This document shows, one piece after another, positions 22,287 through 32,654 of a stretch of DNA of 64,000 nucleotides. The notes under the pieces were generated by a model. It saw nothing but the letters and a program-made list of their open reading frames with translations, searched no databases and had not been told where the DNA came from. Position 1 is the first letter of the stretch. Each line of letters starts with the position of its first letter. Where the stretch lies: NCBI GenBank assembly GCA_051251915.1, contig JBPOGF010000010.1:90324-154323 (forward strand), given 5' to 3'. The DNA comes from Akkermansiaceae bacterium (GTDB lineage: Bacteria > Verrucomicrobiota > Verrucomicrobiia > Verrucomicrobiales > Akkermansiaceae). The translations under genes and the position numbers were made by a program.

Positions 22287-23003
22287 ATGAAAATAAAAAC
22301 CATCTCAATATTTGCAGCCTTTGCTACGCTCTCAATGTCGGCTAACGCAGCAACTATCTCTATCCTCAATATGTCAGCAGAGGATACACTGACTCAAAAT
22401 AGTGTCGCGAAGACTGAATCCGGATTCGACGTCACCGTCAGTGCTTTAGTAGATGGCGCGAGGACGTTTAGCTTTACCCAAACTGGTGATCTTGATGGAG
22501 GCTCTATTGATGACACACTGAGCTTTAATCTGGTCTACGAAGCCTACACAGGTTCAACGTTCGACGGAACCGATGTGACACTAGGGACTGCATCGACACC
22601 TAATGTTAACAACGTCAACTGGCACAACAACGAATTTACCTCGGGTAATACGCTTTCACTAGCGGTGACAGACATTGTTTACACCGATGGTGAGGGTGAT
22701 GAGACGCTTAGTTTTGATGGATTCACGGCGATTAACCCAACCAACTATAGTAGTGCGGTTGCTGGTGACGTTGATTACTATGTAGGATTACTTGGGGCTA
22801 CAACCATAACAGGTGATCCCACATTCACTGCCAATCTTACCTCCAGTGGAACGGGGCCACTCTACTTTACTGCTTCAGATGGACCAGTTCGCCTGAGGAA
22901 TCTAGACTTTCAGTTCGAGACATCGCCAATCCCTGAGCCAAGTAGTACTGCACTTCTTGGACTAGGGTTTGCAGCTTTTGCACTGCGTCGTAGACGTGTC
23001 TAG
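22287..23003 (+). CDS. PEP-CTERM surface protein
   Basis: Signal peptide; ends IPEPSSTALLGLGFAAFALRRRRV. Confidence 0.92.
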   Translation: MKIKTISIFAAFATLSMSANAATISILNMSAEDTLTQNSVAKTESGFDVTVSALVDGARTFSFTQTGDLDGGSIDDTLSFNLVYEAYTGSTFDGTDVTLGTASTPNVNNVNWHNNEFTSGNTLSLAVTDIVYTDGEGDETLSFDGFTAINPTNYSSAVAGDVDYYVGLLGATTITGDPTFTANLTSSGTGPLYFTASDGPVRLRNLDFQFETSPIPEPSSTALLGLGFAAFALRRRRV

Positions 23004-23111
23004 GTTGTCAGACTTGATCTGGAGATTCTAAATTTTCATCCCCGGCTAGCCTCATGTGCTGTCTGGGGATATTTATTTACAAGGAAGAAGAAAAATCTAT
23101 ATAATTGAATA

Positions 23112-23912
23112 ATGGTGAATGTATTTATCAATAAGATGTGTGTTAGTTTGTTTTTGCTGATGGCTTGCGGTGTGATGAATGATGCCGAAGCGGGGCTGAA
23201 GATTTACTATATGCGGCATGCCGAGGGTGGGCATAATGTGAAAAAAGCATGGGAAGCGAAGGGTGTTCCTGAGTCTGAGTGGCCTGAGTATGTGGGGAAT
23301 CCTGATATGTTCACACCGAAAGGGAAAGGGGAGGTGCTTGGTGCCACGGAGAGGCTTAAGGCCTATAAGTTTGATTTTATTGCCAGTAGTCCTTTGTGGA
23401 GAGCGCGCAATACTGTTCTTCCTTACATGAAATTGAGTGGTAGTAAGGGGGAAGTCTGGCCTGAACTGAGAGAAGGTCCTGGTATGAAGACTATTCTATC
23501 GAAAGACATTCCAGATGTGAATGTTGATATCCTGAATAAGGGAAAGCCGATTCTGCTGCCTGAAGAGGAGCAGGCTTTTTTTAAGCTACGTGATGGAGCG
23601 ACGAATGACTATAGTAAATACCCTAGAGATAGTGATGAAAATCTGAAGGTTGCTTACATGAAACACGCGTCACTGAACGCGATAGAGGTGATTAAGGAGC
23701 GTTTTGGAGGCACTGAGAAATCGATTCTATTGGTAGGACATAATAGCTCTGGTGTTTCGCTGTTGAAGCTATTTCTGCAAGGTGAACCGGAAATTAAAAG
23801 AGGATTAGAGAATACGGGGATTTGGATGGTAGAGCAGCAGGATGACGGTAGTTTTAAGTTGAAGATGTTTAATTCTGTTCCTATTGATGTTGCCCCTGCA
23901 AATACGGACTGA
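23112..23912 (+). CDS. Histidine phosphatase family protein, secreted
   Basis: IYYMRHAEG (RHG-like motif), SSPLWRARNT, ILLVGHNS. Confidence 0.85.
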   Translation: MVNVFINKMCVSLFLLMACGVMNDAEAGLKIYYMRHAEGGHNVKKAWEAKGVPESEWPEYVGNPDMFTPKGKGEVLGATERLKAYKFDFIASSPLWRARNTVLPYMKLSGSKGEVWPELREGPGMKTILSKDIPDVNVDILNKGKPILLPEEEQAFFKLRDGATNDYSKYPRDSDENLKVAYMKHASLNAIEVIKERFGGTEKSILLVGHNSSGVSLLKLFLQGEPEIKRGLENTGIWMVEQQDDGSFKLKMFNSVPIDVAPANTD

Positions 23913-24031
23913 GAGGTTTAGCTCTATCATGAGTGTGTCACGTCATGCGACGACGAGGGCGAGACGTTTTGGCGGTGCGAAAGAATTATCTAAAATAAAA
24001 TTTAACGGAGGTCGCCATAAAAGAAAAAAAT

Positions 24032-24634
24032 ATGAAAATCAAAAAAACTACTTATCACAGTGCTGTCATTCTTACGTGTGGGGCATTACTTTCGGTCGCG
24101 GGGGCTGAACCTACTTCTGCTGTGTCGGCACCAACAGAGCAAAGTGAGCAGAAGAATAAGCCTAATGTTGTGCTCATCTTTGCTGACGATCTTGGCTTTG
24201 GCGATGTGGGTTGCTATGGAGCTACTAAGGGGCAGACTGTCAATGCAGATCAGATAGCGGACAGTATCAATGTGCTGCCTGCACTGGTGAGTGATCCGAC
24301 TAAGCCACTGCGTGATGAGCTTGTGCTTTGTCCGAATAAATCTACTCACGTATCATTACGGAAGGGTAAATGGATGTATATTCCGGCACAGGGGAGTGGT
24401 GGTTTTAAGGGGAAGCCTGGCACGCATGGGGCAGGTGGGCCTAGTTGTATCTCATTTGTTGGTAACGAGAACAGTGATATAAAGAACGGAAAAATCAAGA
24501 AGGGTGCGGCGCCTGCGCAGCTTTACGATCTAGAAGCTGATGTGAATCAGACCAAAAACTTGTATAATAAGAATCCTGAAGTGGTCGAACAAATGCAGTC
24601 GCTTCTTAGGGAATATAAAAAAGGGGAGAAATAA
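24032..24634 (+). pseudogene. Sulfatase with in-frame internal deletion (catalytic core lost)
   Basis: N-terminus ...DVGCYGATK is joined directly to [19 protein letters not shown], which is C-terminal in the paralog 16645..18252; no CxPxR. Confidence 0.85.
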
Positions 24635-24832
24635 CATTAATTAGTGAGGTGATCTGACGTTAGGCTTAATATATCATTTTGAATACCTAGCCCTTTGCTC
24701 TACTCTTTCTATCAGAGCTGTTGAATGTTAATTGGCAGAGATTCCCTCTGGAGGTTGGCTTATTTTCAAGACTTGTGTAGTGCTATAATTCACTCTGATG
24801 ACAAAATATAGAATACAACTGATAAAGAAGCT

Positions 24833-24937
24833 ATGTTACAGCTGTATGATATGAAGGTGGATATTGCAGAGACAAATAACTTAGCAAATCGACATCTTGA
24901 GAAAGTGGAGGCTTTGTGGAAGTTGATAGAAAAGTAA
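24833..24937 (+). pseudogene. Sulfatase C-terminal relic
   Basis: MLQLYDMKVDIAETNNLANRHLEKVEALWKLIEK* matches the QLYDLxxDxxExxN/D C-terminal motif of the neighbouring sulfatases. Confidence 0.7.
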
Positions 24938-24988
24938 GCCTGTGCAGGAAGAATCAAGAAAAAGAATTTTAAAGTCAAATAAAAAGAA

Positions 24989-26551
24989 ATGAAACTAAAA
25001 AACCTAATCAAATTATGTACGACACTGTCAGTATGCATTAGTGCTACTGCGAGTGCCTCTGAGAAGCCTAACATTATTTATATTTTAGCCGATGATCTTG
25101 GCTATGGTGATGTGCAGTGTTTGAATCCGGAACGTGGTAAGATACCGACGCCGCATATGGATAAGCTGGCTGCGGATGGGATGACATTTACTGATACACA
25201 TACGACTTCATCGGTTTGTACACCTACACGCTATAGTGTGATGACGGGGCGTTATAACTGGCGGACTAAGTTACAGAGGAGTGTTCTGGATGGTTATGGG
25301 GAGGCATTGGTTTCTACGGAGTTGGTGACTGTGCCTAGTTTACTGAGGGAGAATGGGTATACTACGGCGATGATAGGGAAGTGGCATTTGGGGCTCGGTA
25401 TTGCTACGACTGACGGCAAGAAGGCTAAGGCGGCAAAAGGTCTTAAGCAGAAGAAGGGTAAGGGGGCATTTCCTACGGAAGAGCTTTCTAATATTGATTG
25501 GGAAGGGACGATAAATGGAGGACCGGTTGATGTGGGGTTTGACTCATGGTTTGGTATTTCTGCTTCTCTGGATTTCCCACCTTATGTGTGGATCAAAGAT
25601 CGTAATTGGATTGGTAAGGGGACTCATGCGAAGGCGTTTCACAGGGATGGGCCGGCTAGTGAGGAATTTGAGGCGGTGGATGTCTTAGGTAAGTTGACTG
25701 CGGAGACTGTTAGATACATTTCAGAGTATGAGAGTGAGAAGCCGTTCTTTATTTATATGCCGTTACCGTCGCCACATACACCGATTGTCCCTACTCCTAA
25801 GTGGAAGGGGAAAAGCGGACTGGGGGATTATGGTGACTTTGTGATGCAGACTGATGATGTGGTTGGTCAAGTGGTGAAGGCTCTGGATGATAAGGGGATT
25901 TCGGAGAATACGATTCTTATCATGACGAGTGATAATGGTTGTTCTAAGCGTGCAGATTTTAAGCATCTCGAAAGCAAGGGACACTTTGCCAGTGCTCAGT
26001 TCCGTGGGTCCAAGTCTGATATCTGGGAAGGTGGGCATCGTGTGCCTTTCTTTGTTAAGTGGCCGAAGGTGATCAAGGGGGGAAGTGTTTCGGATGATAC
26101 TACTTGTCAGATTGATTTGCTTGGGACTTGTGCGGATTTGCTTGATAAAAACTTACCTGTAGATGCGGGTGTGGATAGTGAGAGTGTGTTGCCTATTTTC
26201 AAGGGGGAGAAGCCTAGTTTTACACGGAAGGGGATTATCAGTCATAGTGTGAGTGGGGTGTTTGCGTATCGTGAAGGTAAGTATAAGCTTATTTTAGGAT
26301 ATGGATCTGGAGGTTGGACAGCTCCTACTGATGGTGTGGCGAAGAGGCAGGGGTTACCAGAGGCACAGCTTTATGACTTAGAGGCTGATCCGGGTGAGCA
26401 GAAGAATCTTTATAAGGAGCAACCAGAGGTAGCGGAGAAGTTGCTCGCTCAGTTGACTGATTATGTGAACAAAGGGTCTAGTGTAGAGGGTAAGAAATCT
26501 AAGAATGATGTCGAGGATATCAAGCTATGGAAAAACGGACAAAAGAAATAA
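24989..26551 (+). CDS. Arylsulfatase (S1)
   Basis: [27 protein letters not shown]. Confidence 0.95.
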   Translation: MKLKNLIKLCTTLSVCISATASASEKPNIIYILADDLGYGDVQCLNPERGKIPTPHMDKLAADGMTFTDTHTTSSVCTPTRYSVMTGRYNWRTKLQRSVLDGYGEALVSTELVTVPSLLRENGYTTAMIGKWHLGLGIATTDGKKAKAAKGLKQKKGKGAFPTEELSNIDWEGTINGGPVDVGFDSWFGISASLDFPPYVWIKDRNWIGKGTHAKAFHRDGPASEEFEAVDVLGKLTAETVRYISEYESEKPFFIYMPLPSPHTPIVPTPKWKGKSGLGDYGDFVMQTDDVVGQVVKALDDKGISENTILIMTSDNGCSKRADFKHLESKGHFASAQFRGSKSDIWEGGHRVPFFVKWPKVIKGGSVSDDTTCQIDLLGTCADLLDKNLPVDAGVDSESVLPIFKGEKPSFTRKGIISHSVSGVFAYREGKYKLILGYGSGGWTAPTDGVAKRQGLPEAQLYDLEADPGEQKNLYKEQPEVAEKLLAQLTDYVNKGSSVEGKKSKNDVEDIKLWKNGQKK

Positions 26552-26553
26552 TA

Positions 26554-28074
26554 ATGAAAGTAACATTTAAATTTCTTCTATTGGGCGTAATTAGCTCTAC
26601 GATAAGCTTTGTCCAGGCAGCAGATAAACCTAACATTATTTTCATTTTAGCTGATGATATGGGCTATGGTGATGTTCAGTGTTTGAATCCGGAGCGGAGC
26701 AAGGTGGCGACACCGCACATGGATAGATTAGCTAAGGAAGGTATGGTATTTACTGATGCTCATACTAGTTCATCGGTCTGCACACCGACTCGATATGGGG
26801 TGCTGACTGGGCGCTATAATTGGAGGACGGAATTACAGCAGGGAGTGCTTTGGGGGTTTAGTAAACCGCTGATTGCTGGGGATCGTTTGACTGTGGCTGG
26901 GTTGCTGAAGAAGGAAGGGTATAATACTGCGATGGTAGGGAAATGGCATCTAGGTATGACGCTCCCGACTCTTGATGGGAAGACTGCTATTGAAGGGCCG
27001 AAGGACACACGTAAGCCTAAGAAGACGAATGTTGATTGGGATGGGAAAATTACTGATGGGCCAATCGATCGCGGCTTTGATTATTTGTATGGGATTTCAG
27101 CATCATTGGATATGGCTCCTTATATCTGGATTGAGAATGATCGGTTTGTGGGTAAGGTGAGTAATGATGCGCCGGCAAAACCTGAGCCTAGTTTTGTGAA
27201 GGATCAGGTCTTGGGTGAGATTGGTCGCAAGACGGTTGAGTATATTGCTAAACAGGATGCTACGAAGCCGTTTTTCATCTATGTGCCGCTTACATCGCCT
27301 CACACTCCCATTATTCCTTCTAAGGAATGGAAAGGGAAAAGTGGGCTGGGTACTTATGGTGACTTTTTGATGGAGACTGATCATGTGATTGGTGAGATCA
27401 TGAGTGCTGTGGATGCTACGGGTTTTGCAGAGAATACTGTGGTTATAATGACTGCTGATAATGGTTGTTCTCCTGCTGCGAAAATTCCTGCACTGCAGAA
27501 GAAGGGGCATTTTCCGAGTGCGCAGTATCGTGGGAATAAAGCGGATATTTATGAAGGTGGGCACCGGGTTCCATTTATTGTGCGATGGCCGAAGCTGGTC
27601 AAAGCTGGGAGTCAGAGTGATGAGCTTATTTGTCTGACTGACCTGATGGCAACTTGCGCGGATTTGGCGGGGGCAAGTCTACCTGGCAATGCTGGTGAAG
27701 ACAGTGTTAGTTTCGGGCCGGCGTTGAAGGGCGAGAAGATAGTGTCAAGTCGTAAGGGTGTGGTACATCATTCGATTAGTGGTCATTTCTCATACCGACA
27801 AGGAAAATGGAAGCTACTATTAGCAAAGGGATCTGGTGGATGGTCTGCTCCTAGGGAGGGAAAGGTTGCTAAGGATAGTCCTGAGGGGCAGCTGTTTAAC
27901 TTGGAGGATGATCCTGCTGAGCAAAACAACCTTTATCGCGAGAATCCTGAGATGGTGGAACAACTTCTTACCCAACTCAAACAAGATATAGCGAATGGCC
28001 GAAGTACTGATGGAGCGGCGGCTAAGAATGATGTGGAGGATATCAAGCTGTGGAAAAACGGTAAAAAAGATTAA
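26554..28074 (+). CDS. Arylsulfatase (S1), tandem paralog of 24989..26551
   Basis: CTPTRYGVLTGR; both genes end KNDVEDIKLWKNG.K. Start placed at ATG 26554. Confidence 0.95.
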   Translation: MKVTFKFLLLGVISSTISFVQAADKPNIIFILADDMGYGDVQCLNPERSKVATPHMDRLAKEGMVFTDAHTSSSVCTPTRYGVLTGRYNWRTELQQGVLWGFSKPLIAGDRLTVAGLLKKEGYNTAMVGKWHLGMTLPTLDGKTAIEGPKDTRKPKKTNVDWDGKITDGPIDRGFDYLYGISASLDMAPYIWIENDRFVGKVSNDAPAKPEPSFVKDQVLGEIGRKTVEYIAKQDATKPFFIYVPLTSPHTPIIPSKEWKGKSGLGTYGDFLMETDHVIGEIMSAVDATGFAENTVVIMTADNGCSPAAKIPALQKKGHFPSAQYRGNKADIYEGGHRVPFIVRWPKLVKAGSQSDELICLTDLMATCADLAGASLPGNAGEDSVSFGPALKGEKIVSSRKGVVHHSISGHFSYRQGKWKLLLAKGSGGWSAPREGKVAKDSPEGQLFNLEDDPAEQNNLYRENPEMVEQLLTQLKQDIANGRSTDGAAAKNDVEDIKLWKNGKKD

Positions 28075-28092
28075 TCTATAAACATATTTATT

Positions 28093-29544
28093 ATGAAATC
28101 ATTGTTTAAGCTATTTTTGTTGGGCACTTTCTATTCTTCGATAGGGGGTGTTCAGGCGGCAGAGAAACCGAACTTTATTATTATTTTTACGGACGATCAG
28201 GGGTATCAGGATTTGGGGTGTTATGGGTCGCCAGACATCAAGACGCCTAATATTGATCAGATGGCGAAGGAGGGGATGAAGTTTACTAGCTTTTATGCGC
28301 AGACTGTTTGTGGTCCATCACGTGGGGCTTTGTTGACGGGGTGTTATCCGCTGCGTTTTGCGCGTCAGGCTGATCCTAATTCGATTCATCCTGAGTTACA
28401 TCTTGAGGAAGTGACGATTGCGGAGGTTTTGAAGGAGCAGGGTTATGCTACGGGGGTCATTGGTAAATGGGATTTGGCTGGGCATAATCCGGCGTCTTAC
28501 AAGAAGGAATTACTTCCGGCTCATCAGGGATTTGACTACTTTTTTGGGACTTCTGGGAGTAACGATAGCGTGGTTAATTTGATCCGAGGGACTGAGAAGA
28601 TAGAATCTAAGGCGGATATGGCGACTTTGACCAAGCGTTATACGGATGAGGCTATTTCCTTTATCGAGAGGAGTAAAGATAAGCCGTTCTTCCTTTATCT
28701 AGCGCATACGATGCCGCATACGAAGCTTGCTGCATCTGGGGATTTCAAAGGTAAGTCTGAGGCTGGACTTTATGGTGATGTGATTGAGGAACTGGATTTT
28801 AATGTGGGGCGGGTGCTTAGCAAGGTGAAGGATCTGGGCCTAGATGAGAATACGTATGTTGTTTTTACGAGTGATAATGGGCCGTGGCTGATCAGGAAAG
28901 ATCATGGTGGTCATGCTAAGCCGTTGCGTAGTGGGAAGACGAGCTGGTGGGAAGGAGGCTTGCGGGTGCCTTGTATTATCCGTGCGCCGGGCAGAGTTCC
29001 AGCTGGGACAGTGAGCGGTGCGATTACGGCGACGATTGATATGATGCCGACTATTGCTAAGCTAGCTGGAGTGGAAGCTCCGAGTGATCGGGTGATTGAT
29101 GGTGTGGATATTTCCGCTGTGATGCATGGTGAGTTGGAGGAAGTTGAGAGGAACTATTTTTATTATCAGCACGATTGTTTGCGTGCGGTTCGAGCTGGGT
29201 ATTGGAAGTTAGTTCTTGCTCATACTGAGCCAGAAATGGCAGGCATAAGGAATACTTGGAAGCAGCATATTTCAAAAGTGGACTCTGCAAGAATCACAGA
29301 GGCTCAGCTTTATGACCTGAATGCTGATATTGGTGAAGCTCATGATGTGGCTAAGCAGCATCCAGATAAGGTAGCTGAGCTTATGAAGCTGGCTGAATGG
29401 GCAAAAACTGATCTAGGGGATCACGATGTCTTTGGGAAAAATGCTAGGACATTTGGGGCTCAGCGGCGCACGCTTTCTACGGAGGATGGATATAATACTA
29501 AGGGAAAGAAGAAGGCGGCTAGTAAGAAGGGAAAGCTGAAGTAG
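28093..29544 (+). CDS. Sulfatase (S1)
   Basis: PNFIIIFTDDQGYQD, CGPSRGALLTG. Confidence 0.95.
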   Translation: MKSLFKLFLLGTFYSSIGGVQAAEKPNFIIIFTDDQGYQDLGCYGSPDIKTPNIDQMAKEGMKFTSFYAQTVCGPSRGALLTGCYPLRFARQADPNSIHPELHLEEVTIAEVLKEQGYATGVIGKWDLAGHNPASYKKELLPAHQGFDYFFGTSGSNDSVVNLIRGTEKIESKADMATLTKRYTDEAISFIERSKDKPFFLYLAHTMPHTKLAASGDFKGKSEAGLYGDVIEELDFNVGRVLSKVKDLGLDENTYVVFTSDNGPWLIRKDHGGHAKPLRSGKTSWWEGGLRVPCIIRAPGRVPAGTVSGAITATIDMMPTIAKLAGVEAPSDRVIDGVDISAVMHGELEEVERNYFYYQHDCLRAVRAGYWKLVLAHTEPEMAGIRNTWKQHISKVDSARITEAQLYDLNADIGEAHDVAKQHPDKVAELMKLAEWAKTDLGDHDVFGKNARTFGAQRRTLSTEDGYNTKGKKKAASKKGKLK

Positions 29545-29550
29545 GAGGGG

Positions 29551-30984
29551 CTAGTGGGTTTGTTGTGCTAGCAATTCACCTAGTCGTTTTATGGCTTGCA
29601 CTACTTTTGGGTTGGAGGCTGAGCCGCAGTTTAGGCGGAGGAAGTTTCTTAGTGAGTCGGTTGCGGCGAAGATGGTACCTGGAGCTAGGCTGATGCCTTC
29701 ATTGAGGGCGTCTTTGGCTAGGCGTTCAGAGTCGTATTGTCGGGGTAGTTGGACCCAGAGGAGGAAGCTGCCACTTGGTGCGTTGACTCTAGTGCCTTCT
29801 GGGAAGGCGGCGAATACGGCATCTCGCATCATCATGGACCAGTCACGGTAGAGTTGTCTGATTCTTCTGAGATGGCGTTCGTAGCCGCCATCGGCGTAGA
29901 ATCCGGAGACGATCATTTCTGAGAGAGTGGAGCTTGCGCTACAGGTGATGCTTTTTACCTCTCTGAGGATTTCCCCATGTGCCTTGCTAACGAGCCATCC
30001 TACGCGTAGTCCTGGGGATAAGGTTTTAGAAACTCCTCCGCAGTGGATCACTTTGTTAGCTTTGTCGTGTGCTAGCATGGAGGTAGGGCGTTTTCCTTCG
30101 TAAACGAGGTCACCGTAGAGGTCGTCTTCGATGATGATGAAATCTCGTTCAGCGGCGAGAGTGGCTAGGCGGTTCCTGTCTGCTATGCCCATGACGCTGC
30201 CGGTGGGGTTCTGGAAGTTGGGTTGGACTAGACAGGCTTTGATGGGGTGGGTTGCGGTCATTTCGTCTAGGAAATCCATATTGATTCCTAGCGCTGGACA
30301 GACTGGGATTTCTACTACTTTGAGTTTTAGGAACTCGATGATTCTGAGGATTCCGAAGAATGTGGGCATTTCTACTGCGACTAGGTCTCCGGGCTGGGTG
30401 ATGGCGGAGAGAGCGACCATGATGGCTTCTGTGGCTCCAGCGGTGGTGATGACGTCGTCTTCAGTGACGGTAGCTCCAGAGGAGAGCATTCGGAGTGCTA
30501 CTTCGTGTCTTAGCTCGGGGCGGCCAGGCATGACGGTGTAGCGGAAGGCTGCGGGGCCGTGTTTTCTGAGGGCTGCGTTTGAGAGGCGAGCTAGGGTTTT
30601 GGCTGGGTAGATGTCATCACTAGGTACTGCGCATCCTAGGGGGACGATTTGAGGGTCATTGATGGCGGCCATGACTTCTTCGTAAAAGTCGGGTCGTTCT
30701 ACTTGTGCTGTGCGTTTTTGGCCAGCAGGCATTTTGGGTAAGAAGTCTTCCGTGCGAATCCGTGGGCAGACGAAAAATCCGGATCTGGGTCGAGCTTCGA
30801 TGAGTCCGCGACGTTCTAGGACTTCATACACGCTCTGGGCGGTGGTTAGGCTGACGCCGTGGTCTTGTGAGAGCTTGCGGAGGGATGGCATCCGATCACC
30901 AAAGCGTAGGGTCTTTTTCTCGATTAAGACCTGAAGCTGATCTGCTAGTTGGCGATAGGTTGATTTTTTAGGCTCTGAATTCAT
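29551..30984 (-). CDS. MocR/GntR-family PLP-dependent transcriptional regulator
   Basis: wHTH (RMPSLRKLSQDHGVSLTT...RPRSGFFV) plus aminotransferase domain (NFQNPTG, IIEDD, SKTLSPGLRVGW). Confidence 0.95.
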   Translation of the reverse strand: MNSEPKKSTYRQLADQLQVLIEKKTLRFGDRMPSLRKLSQDHGVSLTTAQSVYEVLERRGLIEARPRSGFFVCPRIRTEDFLPKMPAGQKRTAQVERPDFYEEVMAAINDPQIVPLGCAVPSDDIYPAKTLARLSNAALRKHGPAAFRYTVMPGRPELRHEVALRMLSSGATVTEDDVITTAGATEAIMVALSAITQPGDLVAVEMPTFFGILRIIEFLKLKVVEIPVCPALGINMDFLDEMTATHPIKACLVQPNFQNPTGSVMGIADRNRLATLAAERDFIIIEDDLYGDLVYEGKRPTSMLAHDKANKVIHCGGVSKTLSPGLRVGWLVSKAHGEILREVKSITCSASSTLSEMIVSGFYADGGYERHLRRIRQLYRDWSMMMRDAVFAAFPEGTRVNAPSGSFLLWVQLPRQYDSERLAKDALNEGISLAPGTIFAATDSLRNFLRLNCGSASNPKVVQAIKRLGELLAQQTH

Positions 30985-31013
30985 GCGGTTAGCCTATCAG
31001 CAATTAATAAAAA

Positions 31014-31090
31014 ATACAGATACAGATTCTTTGAAAATGAACCATTACAGATCAGCTGTCATCTAAGCATTTCAATTTCTGTGTATCTGT
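31014..31090. promoter_or_regulatory. Candidate MocR operator array
   Basis: TACAGAT three times (31015, 31021, 31046) and inverted TCTGT/TATCTGT (31078, 31084) in the divergent intergenic region. Confidence 0.6.
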
Positions 31091-31123
31091 TCGAATACGG
31101 GGAATGCTTCTATGTTGTGGCAT

Positions 31124-31267
31124 ATGAAAAAGAAAAATACATACATCAGATTAATCAAAAAATTCTATCGGGCCTATATGGATACGACTTTCGGGTGCGG
31201 GATCTTTGCTGAATATTACGCTAGAGATAAGCGATCAAAAGAGGCTAAGGATAAGAATGCTCAATAG
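31124..31267 (+). CDS. Putative 47-aa small protein divergent from the MocR regulator
   Basis: MKKKNTYIRLIKKFYRAYMDTTFGCGIFAEYYARDKRSKEAKDKNAQ*; the only plausible divergent target before the terminator at 31329. Confidence 0.5.
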   Translation: MKKKNTYIRLIKKFYRAYMDTTFGCGIFAEYYARDKRSKEAKDKNAQ

Positions 31268-31323
31268 CAGGGAATACAGTTGTGGGTATGCAGAGGTTCG
31301 GTTTCCAATGAGCTTTATGGATG

Positions 31324-31360
31324 AAAAAAAAACGGTCTGCGTTGTTGCGCAGACCGTTTT
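31324..31360. terminator. Intrinsic terminator, probably bidirectional
   Basis: AAAACGGTCTGCG-TTGTTG-CGCAGACCGTTTT with an A tract on the left. Confidence 0.85.
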
Positions 31361-31394
31361 GATTAAAAGTGTTAGTGTAGCCTGTTATGGCTAA

Positions 31395-32246
31395 TTACTT
31401 ACGGCGACGCAAGATAAGAGCTAGACCACCGAGTCCGAGGAGTGCGGTGCTGCTTGGTTCTGGGACAGGAGTTACGTCTAGGAAAGTATCTCCAACGCGA
31501 AGCTCATCCCAGGTAGTGCCATCACCAGCAAATCGAGCAAGAGCGATGGTGTCAAATGTGATATCAAAGCCTGAGACTGTGACTCCACCAGAAGCGGGAT
31601 CGCCGGCAGTACCGGTCGTAGGGTTCATCCAAACTGTAGCAGAGTCACTAGCGGCAGTACTACTTAACTCGAGTTTGATGACAAACAGGTTTACATCAAG
31701 ATTTCGTGTCGCAGACAATTCAGCATCGAAAGCTCCGTCATTAGCTGCACGGAAGCCGATGCCGTTGGTTCCAAAGTCTCCATTGTGAACTCCGAGTTGG
31801 AACTGGCGATTGGTGCCATCAGCCATGCCTCCGTCGGATGCACCTAGTGTGGTGTCATGAAGCTCAAATGCTCGGTAGGAGCCATTGCCACCGGCTTCAC
31901 CGAGTTGCATCAAGAAACTGATATAAACGGTAGCGTCAGATGCATCCGTGTAGGTTACGCTCAAATTACGACCGTTACGTTGTCCACTAGCGTCATTTGC
32001 ATCAACACTACCTCCAGAGGTTTGAAGATTAGCGTAGCTTAGACCTGTCGCTGAGACAGTCTGAGAATTACCAGCATTAGTAAACCAGTTGCCTGTTGCG
32101 CCAGCAATTGCGGGGTTTTGACCGACGAGATCTCCAGCAGTGTAACCAGCTCCACCGATCTCGAAGGAATCCTCCATGATTATGGCTGCGTTTGTTCCCA
32201 GAGTCGTTGCAGTAGCAAGGGTAGGGATTAGGTATTTTATTTTCAT
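31395..32246 (-). CDS. PEP-CTERM surface protein
   Basis: Signal peptide; ends VPEPSSTALLGLGGLALILRRRK. Confidence 0.93.
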   Translation of the reverse strand: MKIKYLIPTLATATTLGTNAAIIMEDSFEIGGAGYTAGDLVGQNPAIAGATGNWFTNAGNSQTVSATGLSYANLQTSGGSVDANDASGQRNGRNLSVTYTDASDATVYISFLMQLGEAGGNGSYRAFELHDTTLGASDGGMADGTNRQFQLGVHNGDFGTNGIGFRAANDGAFDAELSATRNLDVNLFVIKLELSSTAASDSATVWMNPTTGTAGDPASGGVTVSGFDITFDTIALARFAGDGTTWDELRVGDTFLDVTPVPEPSSTALLGLGGLALILRRRK

Positions 32247-32654
32247 ATTTTTTATATTGCGTGGATTAAGTTTGGTTTTGATTTAGTAGACACGGAATGT
32301 GTTGAAATTTCGATGTCTGTTCTTCATGGTTACTATTAATTTTGTTAACAACAAGAAGAAAAGCTGACATTTGTTTTTATACTGCGTCTGTTTTCTATAC
32401 ATTTTGTGTCGCTGTATTTTTGCTAAGATGAGGCCTCAGGTGGTTGGCTGAATGGGAAAGAGGTGGCTAAAAATCTAGGTGTGAGTTCTTTCACTCGAAA
32501 GTGTATGAAGGATTGACGATAGGTAAAATTTTCCATTTCACTGGATTTAGAGAAAGACGACTTAAGTTATTACGGCGTGATAGGGGGGGGATTTATGAAG
32601 AAAAAATTAGAGAATGTTCTTGGGTTTGGTGCTATAATAATGAGAATGAGATTA

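Noticed and set aside
23924..23993. Possible Asp-box (sialidase-like) relic TSCDDEGETFW
   Set aside because: The match is too short and imperfect to support without a search.
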